Made by a program: the position numbers and the translations under genes. This document shows positions 34,020-44,635 of a stretch of 64,000 bases of DNA, one piece after another. How positions within the stretch are numbered: the first letter of the stretch is position 1; the number at the start of each line of letters is the position of its first letter. The stretch covers positions 1-64,000 of the forward strand of contig JBBRLJ010000016.1 in NCBI GenBank assembly GCA_038231435.1, written 5' to 3'. The notes below the pieces were generated by a model, which ran no database searches, was not told the DNA's origin, and saw only the letters and a program-made list of their open reading frames with translations. This DNA comes from Planctomycetota bacterium. Lineage in GTDB: Bacteria > Planctomycetota > UBA11346.

Positions 34020-34544
34020 ATGCCTTCATCGACACTGCCACCTCGGCCCTCGCTCGGTCCCGCGGCTCGATCAGCGCCTCGGCAAGGGGCTCAGCACGGC
34101 CCGCGATCGCTCGGCGGCATGACCCTCGTCGAGACCATGATCGCGATCATGATCCTGGCCATCGGCCTGACCACGGTGTTCACGTCGCTGGTGAACGCGC
34201 GGCGGGGCAACCAGGTGGCCGAGGACCAGGCGCTCGCGCACCAGGGGATCCAGGCGCAGATCGAGACCTACCAGGGCATTCCCTTCGCGACCTTGCGGTC
34301 GAGTTTCCGCGGCGCGCGCTTCGCGGTCGGCGCGCTCACGCCGACGGACGGGCATCCCTCGGTCGGGACCATCACCGGCGCCTGGAATCCCGACCCGGCG
34401 AAGCTCGCTCCGGAGGCGAACCGTGTCCCTGGTTCGCCGGGGAGCGCTGAGCGCGTGCCCCTGCGTTTCCGCTGCGAGTGGTCCGAGGGCGGATCCGCGA
34501 TGTCCGCGGAAGTCGTGTACGTCTTCACCCAGCGCGGGATGTGA
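34020..34544 (+). CDS. Minor pilin (PilV-like)
   Basis: G/MTLVETMIAIMILAIGL prepilin motif; start uncertain. Confidence 0.75.
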   Translation: MPSSTLPPRPSLGPAARSAPRQGAQHGPRSLGGMTLVETMIAIMILAIGLTTVFTSLVNARRGNQVAEDQALAHQGIQAQIETYQGIPFATLRSSFRGARFAVGALTPTDGHPSVGTITGAWNPDPAKLAPEANRVPGSPGSAERVPLRFRCEWSEGGSAMSAEVVYVFTQRGM

Positions 34545-35365
34545 TCGTGCGCCTGGATCCATCGCCGCATCCGACATCGAGTCCTCGTGGGGGCTTCACC
34601 CTGCTCGAGGCGATCATCGTCGGCGTGGTCCTGGCGATGGTGGTGCTGATCGCCGCTCAGAGCCTCGAGTCGGGCTCGCGGCTCAACGAGCGCATCTCGA
34701 TCGAAGCCGATCTGCAGCAACGCGCGGACGACGTGCTCGGCGCCCTGTCGCTCGAGCTGCGTACGGCGTCGACGTCGATGCACGGCGGTGGCGCGGATCT
34801 GGTGGTGGGGCCCGATGCTCCAGCCGCCTCCGCCTCATCCGTGCGTACCGAGACCGACGTGGGCGCCACCTACGACTACCGGATCTCCACCGGCATCGAG
34901 CCATGCCTCGAATCCACCATCGACGCCCCCGGGGGCGCGGCGGTCCTCCACCAGTCCTTCCGCTGCGCATACGAGCCAGGATGGCATCGTCTGATCTTCA
35001 CGCGCGGATCCGCGGGGACGGGTTCGGGTACCTTGGTCAAGCAGGTCTTCGCGGACCGCGGCCGCACCAACCTGGTCAGTTCCGAGCTGCTATGCGATCA
35101 CATCGCCGCCGTCGATCCAGCCGATCCGCGGCTTGGTGGCTTCTCCATCCACCGCGACGGCAATGCATTGACGCTGCGCTTGGCGCTGCAGGCGGCGGGC
35201 GAGGCGCCGTCCGCATCCGCCACGGCGCGCGATGGCGGCGATGCCAGGGTCGTGCGCTGCGTGGATTCACGCGTGGTGTTCCTGCGTTCCACGCTCGACG
35301 CACGTGAGGATCGCTCCGCGCTGGACGTGCTGGCAGGGTCCGGAACCGGATCAGAGCGGCCCTGA
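34541..35365 (+). CDS. Minor pilin (PilW-like)
   Basis: RGG/FTLLEAIIVGVVLAMVV; GTGA overlap with the upstream gene. Confidence 0.75.
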   Translation: MIVRLDPSPHPTSSPRGGFTLLEAIIVGVVLAMVVLIAAQSLESGSRLNERISIEADLQQRADDVLGALSLELRTASTSMHGGGADLVVGPDAPAASASSVRTETDVGATYDYRISTGIEPCLESTIDAPGGAAVLHQSFRCAYEPGWHRLIFTRGSAGTGSGTLVKQVFADRGRTNLVSSELLCDHIAAVDPADPRLGGFSIHRDGNALTLRLALQAAGEAPSASATARDGGDARVVRCVDSRVVFLRSTLDAREDRSALDVLAGSGTGSERP

Positions 35366-35366
35366 C

Positions 35367-36938
35367 ATGGCAGCCACATCGGTATCAGCAGCATCGGCAG
35401 CATCGACACCTACGCGAGGGACCATCGCGAGCGAGAGTGGCAGCGCGCTGCCGTTGGCGCTGGGCATCGTCGTCATCCTCGCCGCGTTGTCGGTGAGCCT
35501 GACCGAGATGACCATCGGCCGGAGCGCCGGCCAGCGCGGCCGGCACGACGAGGTGCGTCTCGCGGCCGCGGTCGAATCCGCCGCCGGCGAGACCCTGGCC
35601 TGGATGCATGGCCACCAAGCGCTGCTGGCGGCGCTGCCAGAGCATCCCGAGCTGGTGGCCGATGCCACTTCGACGCCGCCCCGTGGGCGTCCGTGGGCCG
35701 ATCAGTGGGAGAAGCTCGTCGACCGCAGCATGAGCGCGCCGGTCGCGGCACGTGTCGGCGCGAAGATCCCCGACGCTGACATCATCACCAATGGCGCTCA
35801 GCCGACAATGATCCCGGCGATCCTCTCGCAGTCCTCGGATGCCACTACTGCAGTGGACGGTCGCGGACCGATTGTGAGCGGCTGTGCGGCGGACACGCGC
35901 AATGGCTGCGCGATCACCAGCTACATCGTCTGCCTGCATCGTACCGAGGCAGGCCATGCCTGGCCCGACGGGCATGAGCGCTTCGCCGTGTTCACCGTGG
36001 CGACGCTCGGCGACCTGGCGGTGGATCCGCGGAGCTTCCAGCGCCGCATGGTGCAGACCATCGTCGCCACCGGCTGTTCGCGCCCATTCACCCAGGCGCT
36101 GTACGCGAGCGACAGCCTGGTCCTGTCCGGTCCCGCGCGCACCGACAGCTGGCTCGGTGGCTCGACCGCGTACGCACCGCTCCCCGCGTCCGCCTCGCCT
36201 GCGCCGGCATCGCACGGCGACGTCGTCTGTGCCGGCACGATGTCGCTGCGGGATCGCGCCTCCATCCATGGTGCGGTTCGCCAGGACGAGCGCCTGGCGC
36301 TGCCGTCGATCGCCGGCGTCGTCACCGATGCCGTGACCGTAGCCAATCTCGACTTCTCCGGTGACGTCACGCTGGCCGGAGATGCGCAGGGGGGCCAGGT
36401 CTCGTACCGCGCGCGCACGGTCACCGGCGGCCTGTGCTTCAGCGGTGGCGGCACGGTGCGCCTCTTCTGCGAAGGAGCGTTCGCGCCCAGGTCGATGCGC
36501 TTCTCTCCGGGATCGACGGTCGAGGTGGTGATCATCCAGGGCGAGCACGATGCCAAGGACGTCGTCATCGGAGGCCCCACCCGAGTGCCCACGGGATCCG
36601 GCGACGTGGAGCGCCGTGGCGCCGGCGGCTCCGACGGCAACGGCGATGACGTCGCCGCTCCTCGTCGCCTGGTCTTCATCTCGGACGCCGACATCGAGAT
36701 CCGCATCGCCGGCGACGGCGCGCTGGCGGCGGTGGTCTACGCGCCGCGCGCGCACCTCACGCTCGCGGGATCCTTCCAGCTCTTCGGCGCCCTGATCGCG
36801 CGCTCGATCGACGGCGCGGCCGATGCCACATTCCAGATCCACTACGACGAGAGCCTGTGGGGCATGACCCTGCCGTCCGCTCCCACTCTATCCGCTTCAG
36901 GCTGGAGCCTGGTATCGCTCTCCCTCGGCAACCACTGA
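35367..36938 (+). CDS. PilX-like protein with beta-solenoid C-terminus
   Basis: ESG/SALPLALGIVVILAAL (no E+5, PilX/GspK-like), AAVESAA, C-terminal VVYAPRAHLTL...FGALIARSI...IHYDESL. Confidence 0.7.
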   Translation: MAATSVSAASAASTPTRGTIASESGSALPLALGIVVILAALSVSLTEMTIGRSAGQRGRHDEVRLAAAVESAAGETLAWMHGHQALLAALPEHPELVADATSTPPRGRPWADQWEKLVDRSMSAPVAARVGAKIPDADIITNGAQPTMIPAILSQSSDATTAVDGRGPIVSGCAADTRNGCAITSYIVCLHRTEAGHAWPDGHERFAVFTVATLGDLAVDPRSFQRRMVQTIVATGCSRPFTQALYASDSLVLSGPARTDSWLGGSTAYAPLPASASPAPASHGDVVCAGTMSLRDRASIHGAVRQDERLALPSIAGVVTDAVTVANLDFSGDVTLAGDAQGGQVSYRARTVTGGLCFSGGGTVRLFCEGAFAPRSMRFSPGSTVEVVIIQGEHDAKDVVIGGPTRVPTGSGDVERRGAGGSDGNGDDVAAPRRLVFISDADIEIRIAGDGALAAVVYAPRAHLTLAGSFQLFGALIARSIDGAADATFQIHYDESLWGMTLPSAPTLSASGWSLVSLSLGNH

Positions 36939-36952
36939 TCCTCGTTTCCTTT

Positions 36953-36980
36953 CCCTCTTCGCTCTTCCCTCTTCCCTCTT
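36953..36980. repeat. Heptamer tandem repeat
   Basis: CCCTCTT CGCTCTT CCCTCTT CCCTCTT within a pyrimidine tract. Confidence 0.6.
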
Positions 36981-37061
36981 CCGTCCTCTGTCGTCTCAGT
37001 CTCCCTCGGCACCACGGTGCGAAGCTTCCCCGCCTCGCCACGCTCGTAGCATCCATCCTCG

Positions 37062-37580
37062 ATGCCTCCTCGCCCACTGATCCGTGCCGCCGAGATCCGC
37101 CGTCGCGTGCGGGAGCTGGGCCGCGAGATCAGCGCCGCCCATGCGGACCGAGCGCCGCTGCTGCTGCTGCTGATGGACGGCGCTTTCTGCTTCGCCGCCG
37201 ATCTGGCGCGCGAGATCGCTTCGCCCGAGGCGCGGCTGGCCTTCCTGCGCGTGCGCAGCTCTGGGGCTGGCACCGAGTCGTCGGGTCGGGTCGAGATGGA
37301 GGCGCTGCCCGAGCTCGCCGGCGCGCACGTGGTGGTGGTCGACGACATCCTCGACAGCGGGCGCACGCTCGCGGCCGTGCGCGCCGCGGCGCTGGCGGCT
37401 GGCAGCGCGAGCGTGAGCACCTGTGTGTTGCTCGACAAGCCGTCGCGCCGAGTCCCCGAGGGCTTGGCGCGCGCCGACCATTCCGGCTTCACCGTCCCCG
37501 AGGCATTCCTGGTCGGCTATGGCCTCGATCTCGATGGCCGCTGGCGCCACCTGCGCGACGTGTGCGTGCTCGAGCCCTGA
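37062..37580 (+). CDS. hpt: Hypoxanthine phosphoribosyltransferase
   Basis: VVVVDDILDSGRTL PRPP motif, LLDKP, FLVGYGLD. Confidence 0.9.
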   Translation: MPPRPLIRAAEIRRRVRELGREISAAHADRAPLLLLLMDGAFCFAADLAREIASPEARLAFLRVRSSGAGTESSGRVEMEALPELAGAHVVVVDDILDSGRTLAAVRAAALAAGSASVSTCVLLDKPSRRVPEGLARADHSGFTVPEAFLVGYGLDLDGRWRHLRDVCVLEP

Positions 37581-37724
37581 GCCTCGGCCCGCCGGGCCGC
37601 TTGTCTCTTTTCTTGCCCGCCATCAGCCCATGCTGCGCCCTCCCGCGGAACCATCAACGCCGGCGCCAGCTACGGCGGCGGCTTGCTCGGAAAAGACCTC
37701 CACGGGAAATATCAAAGGACCCCC

Positions 37725-38972
<1,248 letters not shown>

Positions 38973-39088
38973 CCCGATGGCTGACCTGATGGCCGGTCCC
39001 CATGGTTGAGCGGCGTTCGTCCGCGGCGCGTGGATCGCGTGCGACCCGTCCAGAACGGTATCCGACGCGATTGCTCGGCACGGGCGGC

Positions 39089-39703
39089 GTGCTCACTGCC
39101 GACGACCTCGCCCTGCCGGCGCCGGTCCTCGCGCCGCTGCTGATCGGCTGCGGCATCGAGGCGCACGGCGTGCGCGGCCGCATCATCGAGACCGAGGCGT
39201 ACCAAGGCGAGGAGGACCTCGCCTGCCACGCCTCGCGGGGGCGCACTCCGCGCACCGAGGTGCTCTATGCGGCACCGGGCACGCTCTACGTCTACCTCTG
39301 TTACGGCATGCACGTCCTCTTGAACCTGGTGTGCGATCGCGAGGGCACGCCCGCGGCGGTGCTGATCCGCGCCATCGACATCGGCGCGGGCGAGGGGGAT
39401 GGCGAGTCGCTCGCGCGCCGTCGCCGCGGGCAGGCGCGCGCATCCACCGCGATGGCGCGCGAGCAGCTCGCTAACGGTCCGGCCAAGCTCACCCAGGCGT
39501 TGGCGATCGATCTCGGCCACAACCGCCTGGTCCTCGGCGCGACGCGTTGCCCGCTTCGGCTGCGTCCGGCGCGGGTCCGCCCACCCTTGGCGCGCGGCCC
39601 GCGCGTGGGCGTGGCCTACGCGGGCGACGGCTGGGCGCAGCGGCCATGGAGATGGTGGCAGGCCGGCTATCCCGTCGCCACCGGCCCCGGTGCAGGCGCC
39701 TGA
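39089..39703 (+). CDS. DNA-3-methyladenine glycosylase (MPG/AAG family)
   Basis: GRIIETEAYQG, YVYLCYGMH, NGPAKL, RVGV; start uncertain (39002 alternative). Confidence 0.9.
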   Translation: MLTADDLALPAPVLAPLLIGCGIEAHGVRGRIIETEAYQGEEDLACHASRGRTPRTEVLYAAPGTLYVYLCYGMHVLLNLVCDREGTPAAVLIRAIDIGAGEGDGESLARRRRGQARASTAMAREQLANGPAKLTQALAIDLGHNRLVLGATRCPLRLRPARVRPPLARGPRVGVAYAGDGWAQRPWRWWQAGYPVATGPGAGA

Positions 39704-39779
39704 GCACGGCGTGCGCCGTCCACGGGTTTCGATTCCGGTGGAGGCATCGCCAGGCTAGCGTGGTGAGAGAGGCCATCGC

Positions 39780-40796
39780 ATGTCCACCATTCTCGTCACC
39801 GGCGGCGCCGGCTACATCGGCAGCCACACCTGCCTCGAGCTCCTCGGCGCGGGTCACCGCGTCGTGGTGCTCGACAACCTCGACAACAGCTGCGAGGAGG
39901 CGCTGCGGCGGGTCGAGCGCCTTGCCGGCAAGAGCGTGGAATTCCACCGCGTCGATCTGCTCGACCGCGCTGCGACCGATGCCGTCTTCGCGCGCCAGCG
40001 GGTCGACGCGGTCGTCCATTTCGCCGGGCTCAAGGCGGTCGGCGAATCGGTGGCCATCCCGCTGCGCTATTACGACAACAACCTGACCGGCACGCTCCAC
40101 CTGCTCGAGGTGATGAAGGCGCGCGGCGTGCGGCGGCTGGTGTTCTCGTCCTCGGCGACGGTCTATGGCGATCCGGCGACGGTGCCGATCACCGAGGACA
40201 TGCCCCTGTCCGCGACCAATCCGTATGGGCGCACCAAGCTGTTCATCGAGGACATCTGCCGCGATCTGGCCAAGGCCGAGAAGGACTGGTCGATCGTGCT
40301 GCTGCGCTATTTCAATCCGGTCGGCGCGCATCCCAGCGGCCAGATCGGCGAGGACCCGAAGGGCATCCCCAACAACCTCATGCCGTACATCATGCAGGTG
40401 GCAGTGGGCAAGCGGCCGCACCTGAGCATCTACGGAGGCGACTACCCGACCCCCGATGGCACCGGGGTGCGCGATTACATCCACGTGGTCGACTTGGCCC
40501 TCGGCCATCTCGCGGCTCTCGAGGCCGTCGCCAAGCTGCCCGGCTGCACGGCGATCAATCTCGGGACCGGCGCGGGCGTCTCGGTGCTCGAGATGTTGGC
40601 CGCGGTGTCGAAGGCAGTAGGTCGCGAGATCCCCCGCCAGGTCGTCACCCGCCGCCCTGGAGACGTGGCGACCTGCTACGCCGATCCAGCGCTCGCGAGC
40701 CGGATCCTCGGCTGGCGCGCCACCCGCGGCCTGGACGCCATGTGCGCCGACAGCTGGCGCTGGCAGAGCGCCAATCCCAACGGTTTCGCCACCTGA
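39780..40796 (+). CDS. galE: UDP-glucose 4-epimerase
   Basis: [43 protein letters not shown]. Confidence 0.97.
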   Translation: MSTILVTGGAGYIGSHTCLELLGAGHRVVVLDNLDNSCEEALRRVERLAGKSVEFHRVDLLDRAATDAVFARQRVDAVVHFAGLKAVGESVAIPLRYYDNNLTGTLHLLEVMKARGVRRLVFSSSATVYGDPATVPITEDMPLSATNPYGRTKLFIEDICRDLAKAEKDWSIVLLRYFNPVGAHPSGQIGEDPKGIPNNLMPYIMQVAVGKRPHLSIYGGDYPTPDGTGVRDYIHVVDLALGHLAALEAVAKLPGCTAINLGTGAGVSVLEMLAAVSKAVGREIPRQVVTRRPGDVATCYADPALASRILGWRATRGLDAMCADSWRWQSANPNGFAT

Positions 40797-40897
40797 TCGC
40801 CCATCAGGACGCGCGGGCGCCCTAGAGGGCCCGTCAGTCGGTAGCGCGCTGTCAGCACCGCTCTTGTGCTGTGGCGCGTCGCGGGGATAGTGGAGGC

Positions 40898-41479
40898 ATG
40901 GCAGGAAACATCTCCAGCAAGGTCGCCACCGTCATCGTGCTCGTGCCGCTGCTGGCGCTGGCATGGTTCCTCGCGCCCATGGCTCTGCCGGTTTACCGGT
41001 GGCGCTACATGGATTTCCTCGAGCTGTCGAAGAAGACCGGCATCCCACTCGCCGAGATCTCGAAGCAGTACGATGTCACCGCCCGCTACGCTCCCCGCGG
41101 CCTCGAGGACCCGTTGCCCTGGCAGATCATGACCATGGACCCGACGTGGGTATCGGTGAACAGCAAGCACGACGACGAGGACCACATCCTGGTGCGCTGC
41201 ACCTTCGTGAGCGACCGCGACGGCACGCCTCCGAGCAAGCTGTTCCTCGGCTCCGGCTCGCTCAAGGACCGCTACTGGCGCGCACGGGCCTGGCGCATGC
41301 CTCCTGGCACCCTCGGCTTCAATTCCAAGCGTCCGGTGGTGATCTACGCCGGCGACTCGATCGAGAAGCTCTCGATCGGCCAGTGCGAAATGCTCGATGA
41401 CGAGGTCACGCGCCAGAGCAAATGGACCAACGACGACAAGGAAGTCGAAGACGGTTTCAAGACGAGGTCGTCGCCCTGA
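40898..41479 (+). CDS. Hypothetical N-terminally membrane-anchored protein
   Basis: RBS GGAGG, one TM helix, strong codon bias; no motif recognised. Confidence 0.7.
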   Translation: MAGNISSKVATVIVLVPLLALAWFLAPMALPVYRWRYMDFLELSKKTGIPLAEISKQYDVTARYAPRGLEDPLPWQIMTMDPTWVSVNSKHDDEDHILVRCTFVSDRDGTPPSKLFLGSGSLKDRYWRARAWRMPPGTLGFNSKRPVVIYAGDSIEKLSIGQCEMLDDEVTRQSKWTNDDKEVEDGFKTRSSP

Positions 41480-41969
41480 TCACCGTAGCGACCGGCGCGC
41501 GGTAACGCAGGCCGTGCGCCGCGTCCTCGTAATAGCCGTGCAGCGTCGCCCCCCGTTCGAACCCCAGCTTCTCGTACAGCCCGCGCGCCGCGACATTGTC
41601 GTGCCGCACCTCGAGCGATAGCGTCGCGCATTTCCGCGACGCCGCTGCGCGCGCCAGCCCGAGGATGAGCACCTGCGCGAGCCCCTTGCCGCGCTGCTCG
41701 GGCCCGACCGCGATCGAATAGATCCGCGCCACCGCCGATCGCGCCCTGAACAGCCCGACGATGGCCGCCACCACCGCAACCTGGTCCTCGACCACCAGCG
41801 TCACCGCAGTTCCCGCGACCGCCGCATCCCCGAGCAGCCGCCGCCACGTCCGCCGCGGAAACCGGTCCGCCTCGGGAAAGCACCGCCCCTCGAGCGCGAC
41901 CAGCCCCTCGAGATCCCGCCCCCGCGCGACCCGCACCAACGGCTGCTCCTCGACGGGATTCTTCGTCAC
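41457..41969 (-). CDS. GNAT acetyltransferase (RimI-like)
   Basis: ARIYSIAV, RGKGLA, LEVRHDNVAARGLYEKLGF, YYED. Confidence 0.9.
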   Translation of the reverse strand: MTKNPVEEQPLVRVARGRDLEGLVALEGRCFPEADRFPRRTWRRLLGDAAVAGTAVTLVVEDQVAVVAAIVGLFRARSAVARIYSIAVGPEQRGKGLAQVLILGLARAAASRKCATLSLEVRHDNVAARGLYEKLGFERGATLHGYYEDAAHGLRYRAPVATVIRATTSS

Positions 41970-42007
41970 ACTCTCATTCCCTGCATGTAGTCGTGGATTG
42001 TAACCGT

Positions 42008-42115
42008 GAGGATCGTTATCGCCGACGCTGCCAAGGCGGCGATCCCGAAGCGGTAGTCATCTACCGCGAGCGGTGAGCCAACGCCGGTAGCGTCGGCGAG
42101 AACGACCGCAACTAG
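42008..42115 (-). ncRNA. Structured intergenic element, family A copy 1 (ncRNA or MITE/REP-like)
   Basis: About 87% identical by hand alignment to 47929-48035, with compensatory changes; starts at the CTAG containing the rimK-like stop. Confidence 0.6.
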
Positions 42116-43014
42116 TTGGCGACCCAACCTTCCCAGGGCTCGCCGGTGAGCGACCTGATCACGTTGCGATACACCTCGGGATTGTTGATATCCTCGACCC
42201 CGGCGTCGATGTTGGGATTGTCGTTCACCTCGATGACGATGAAGCCGTCGTCGAGCTCCTTGATGTCGACGCCGTACAGGCTCTTGCCGATCGAGTTGCC
42301 GGCCTGCAACGCGACCTTCACCAGCCGCGGGTCGACCTGGGTCTTCTCTACGCCCTCGACATCGCAGATGTTCGGGCGGCCGTCCTCGTGGGTGTCGTGG
42401 ATGCGCCACGCGCCCTCGCCCATGACGTACTTGATCACCAGCAGGACCTTGCCGTCGAGGATGGTGACGCGCCAATCGAACGAACTCGGCAGGTACTGCT
42501 GGACGACCAGGCGCTCGGCGCGGCGCAGGAAGCGTTTGCCGACCTTCACGAAGCCGTTCTCGTCGTGGACCTTCTCAACGTAGGCGCTGAACGATGAGTT
42601 CGGTGCCTTGAGCACCAGTGGGGTGCCATACGACTCGAAGAGCTCGCGCGCCTGCTCGACGGTGACTTCCTCCTCGGCGAGGAAGCAGGTGTCCGGCATC
42701 GGCACGTTGGCGCGCATGAGATGCTGGTACATGTTCACCTTGTCGCAGCACACCACGATGGAATCCGGCTCGTCGATCACGCGCAGGCCGTGCACCTCGC
42801 CCATGCGCGCGGCGACGTAGCTGGAATTCAGGGGATCGGTGAGCGCGCGGATCAGCAGCCCGTCGTAGCGCGGGATGTTCATGATCTCGGAGCGGAACAG
42901 GAAGTCGCAGTCGTGCCCGAGCTTCGCGGCCGCCATGCGGAAATTGGTCAATGCCGTCAGCTGCACCGCGCTGCGGATGGTGTTGCGATCAGTGAAGATG
43001 GCGAGGCGGGACAT
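42112..43014 (-). CDS. RimK-like ATP-grasp ligase
   Basis: LIRALTDP, CCDKVNMY, PLVLKAPNSSFS, QQYLPSSFDWRV, LYGVDIK, IEVNDNPNID. Confidence 0.9.
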   Translation of the reverse strand: MSRLAIFTDRNTIRSAVQLTALTNFRMAAAKLGHDCDFLFRSEIMNIPRYDGLLIRALTDPLNSSYVAARMGEVHGLRVIDEPDSIVVCCDKVNMYQHLMRANVPMPDTCFLAEEEVTVEQARELFESYGTPLVLKAPNSSFSAYVEKVHDENGFVKVGKRFLRRAERLVVQQYLPSSFDWRVTILDGKVLLVIKYVMGEGAWRIHDTHEDGRPNICDVEGVEKTQVDPRLVKVALQAGNSIGKSLYGVDIKELDDGFIVIEVNDNPNIDAGVEDINNPEVYRNVIRSLTGEPWEGWVAN

Positions 43015-43036
43015 CAGCGGATCGCTTCGCTCGCCG

Positions 43037-43064
43037 CGTGCGGCGTGCGGTGTGCGGTGTGCCG
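43037..43064. repeat. Heptamer tandem repeat
   Basis: CGTGCGG CGTGCGG TGTGCGG TGTGCCG. Confidence 0.55.
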
Positions 43065-43144
43065 CGTGATCGAGGAAAGAGGCCGCGTTCGCAGGGCGGT
43101 CGGCTGTTCTCGTCGCGCCCCACACTTCGCACTCCGCGCTCCGT

Positions 43145-43777
43145 CTAGCCTCGCCATAACCCCGCCTCCTTGATGATGGCCTTCTCGTTCTGCGTCAGTT
43201 CGTTCTTGGGCAACGGCTCGATGGCGCTGAACAGGTAGAGCTTCTCGGTGACGATGATCTTCACGCGGGCGAGAGGGATGCGGAAGGTCATCCAGATGTC
43301 CATGGCCAGCTCGCCGTATTCCGGCTTCAGGCAGTGGCCCAACACCAGGCGCAGGGTGTCGACGCGGCTGTCGGGCTGCATGTCCTGGATGACCATGGCG
43401 TACTTGCCGCTCATGGTCAGCGACTTCACGGCTTCGATGAGCGAGGCATGGTCGGCGATCACCTGGCCCATCGACTGGAACGGATTCACCGGATAGGCGA
43501 TCAGCGGCGGATCGAAGCCCATGGTGTTGTCGTTGGCGATCTCCCACTGCGGCACGTTGATGCCGGCGGCTGCCGCCTTGCTCAGCGCCAACGGCACGAC
43601 GTAGGCGTCGAGCGCCTCGGCGGGGCTCGGCAGGGCGATCAGGCCTTCGTGCTCGGCCTCCATGCTCTTGTAGTAACCGTCGCCGAGGTAGCTGTAGTCG
43701 CCCTCGAGATTCACGAACACGCCCTGGGCGCGCAGATCCTCTGGCAGGGCGGGGGACGGGAAAATGGGTTTCGTCAT
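43145..43777 (-). CDS. RimK-like ATP-grasp N-terminal (RLAN) domain protein
   Basis: VNLEGDYSYLGDGYYKSMEAEHEG...PS matches the RLAN pattern N-L-x-x-x-Y-x-Y-x-x-x-G-Y-Y-x-S-x-x-A-E. Confidence 0.8.
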   Translation of the reverse strand: MTKPIFPSPALPEDLRAQGVFVNLEGDYSYLGDGYYKSMEAEHEGLIALPSPAEALDAYVVPLALSKAAAAGINVPQWEIANDNTMGFDPPLIAYPVNPFQSMGQVIADHASLIEAVKSLTMSGKYAMVIQDMQPDSRVDTLRLVLGHCLKPEYGELAMDIWMTFRIPLARVKIIVTEKLYLFSAIEPLPKNELTQNEKAIIKEAGLWRG

Positions 43778-44032
43778 CGTTTTCGATCGCGCCGCGGCTT
43801 CGACCGCGTTATCCCCTGGAATGGTGGCGCGGGAGGCCCGCAGGCTGGTGCGCTCGGAGTGCCCGGGGCGCTCCGGACGATTGGTGCGGTTGGGGGGCAG
43901 GGCGGACGTGGATTCGGGTGCGGCCATAGAACCGCGGCATCGCCGTCGGTCCGCGCATGCTAATGCGGTGAAGACCAATGAAAGGGCTTTTGACGGAGTA
44001 CTCTTCCGAGCGCGGCCGCTCGGCCGCGGCTC

Positions 44033-44569
44033 TCAGGGAATCGCCGCGGGTTCTCCGATCAGGTACGCCGCCAACAGGTGGTACTCGCGGGCTTGGAGCA
44101 GGATCCAGCGCGCGTCGCCGCTCGCGCAGGCGTCCACGAAGGCCTCGGCGTCCCAACGGCCACCAGGGATGAGGAAACCATCGCCAGGGGCGACCGATGC
44201 AGCCAGCGGCCCATGGATCGCGTGCCGGCCGGCACGGTGGAACCAGTACTTGGCATTGGAATGATCGCCTTCGCGGCGGTGCATGAGCGCGTGCAGGTAG
44301 GAGCCGTCGCCGTCACCCAGATCCTGGCTGAGCGTGTGCGAGGCGTCGAGGTGGTCGTGCCAGAGCAGCGCCAGGGACAGGAGGTGGCCGTGACGAGTCG
44401 TCGACTCCCCCGTCTCGGCCACCGGATGAGCACTGATGAAAGCGGACGCTCGCCGACGCACCTCGTCCTCGGGTAGCGCGGTCGATCTCCGGCTCGCGTC
44501 CAGCGCGGGCGCGCTGGCGGTGGCGCTGCACAAGACGTCATCGATGAATGCGGCCAGTGCAGCTGCCAT
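44033..44569 (-). CDS. Conserved hypothetical protein
   Basis: LWHDHLDASHTLSQD, SYLHALMHRREGDHSNAKYWF, a recurring His-rich hypothetical motif. Confidence 0.7.
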   Translation of the reverse strand: MAAALAAFIDDVLCSATASAPALDASRRSTALPEDEVRRRASAFISAHPVAETGESTTRHGHLLSLALLWHDHLDASHTLSQDLGDGDGSYLHALMHRREGDHSNAKYWFHRAGRHAIHGPLAASVAPGDGFLIPGGRWDAEAFVDACASGDARWILLQAREYHLLAAYLIGEPAAIP

Positions 44570-44635
44570 GGGTGGATGATGCCGCCGCATGCGCCAGTGG
44601 AAGAGACCGGCCCTGGCTCCATCGCCGCGACTCGG

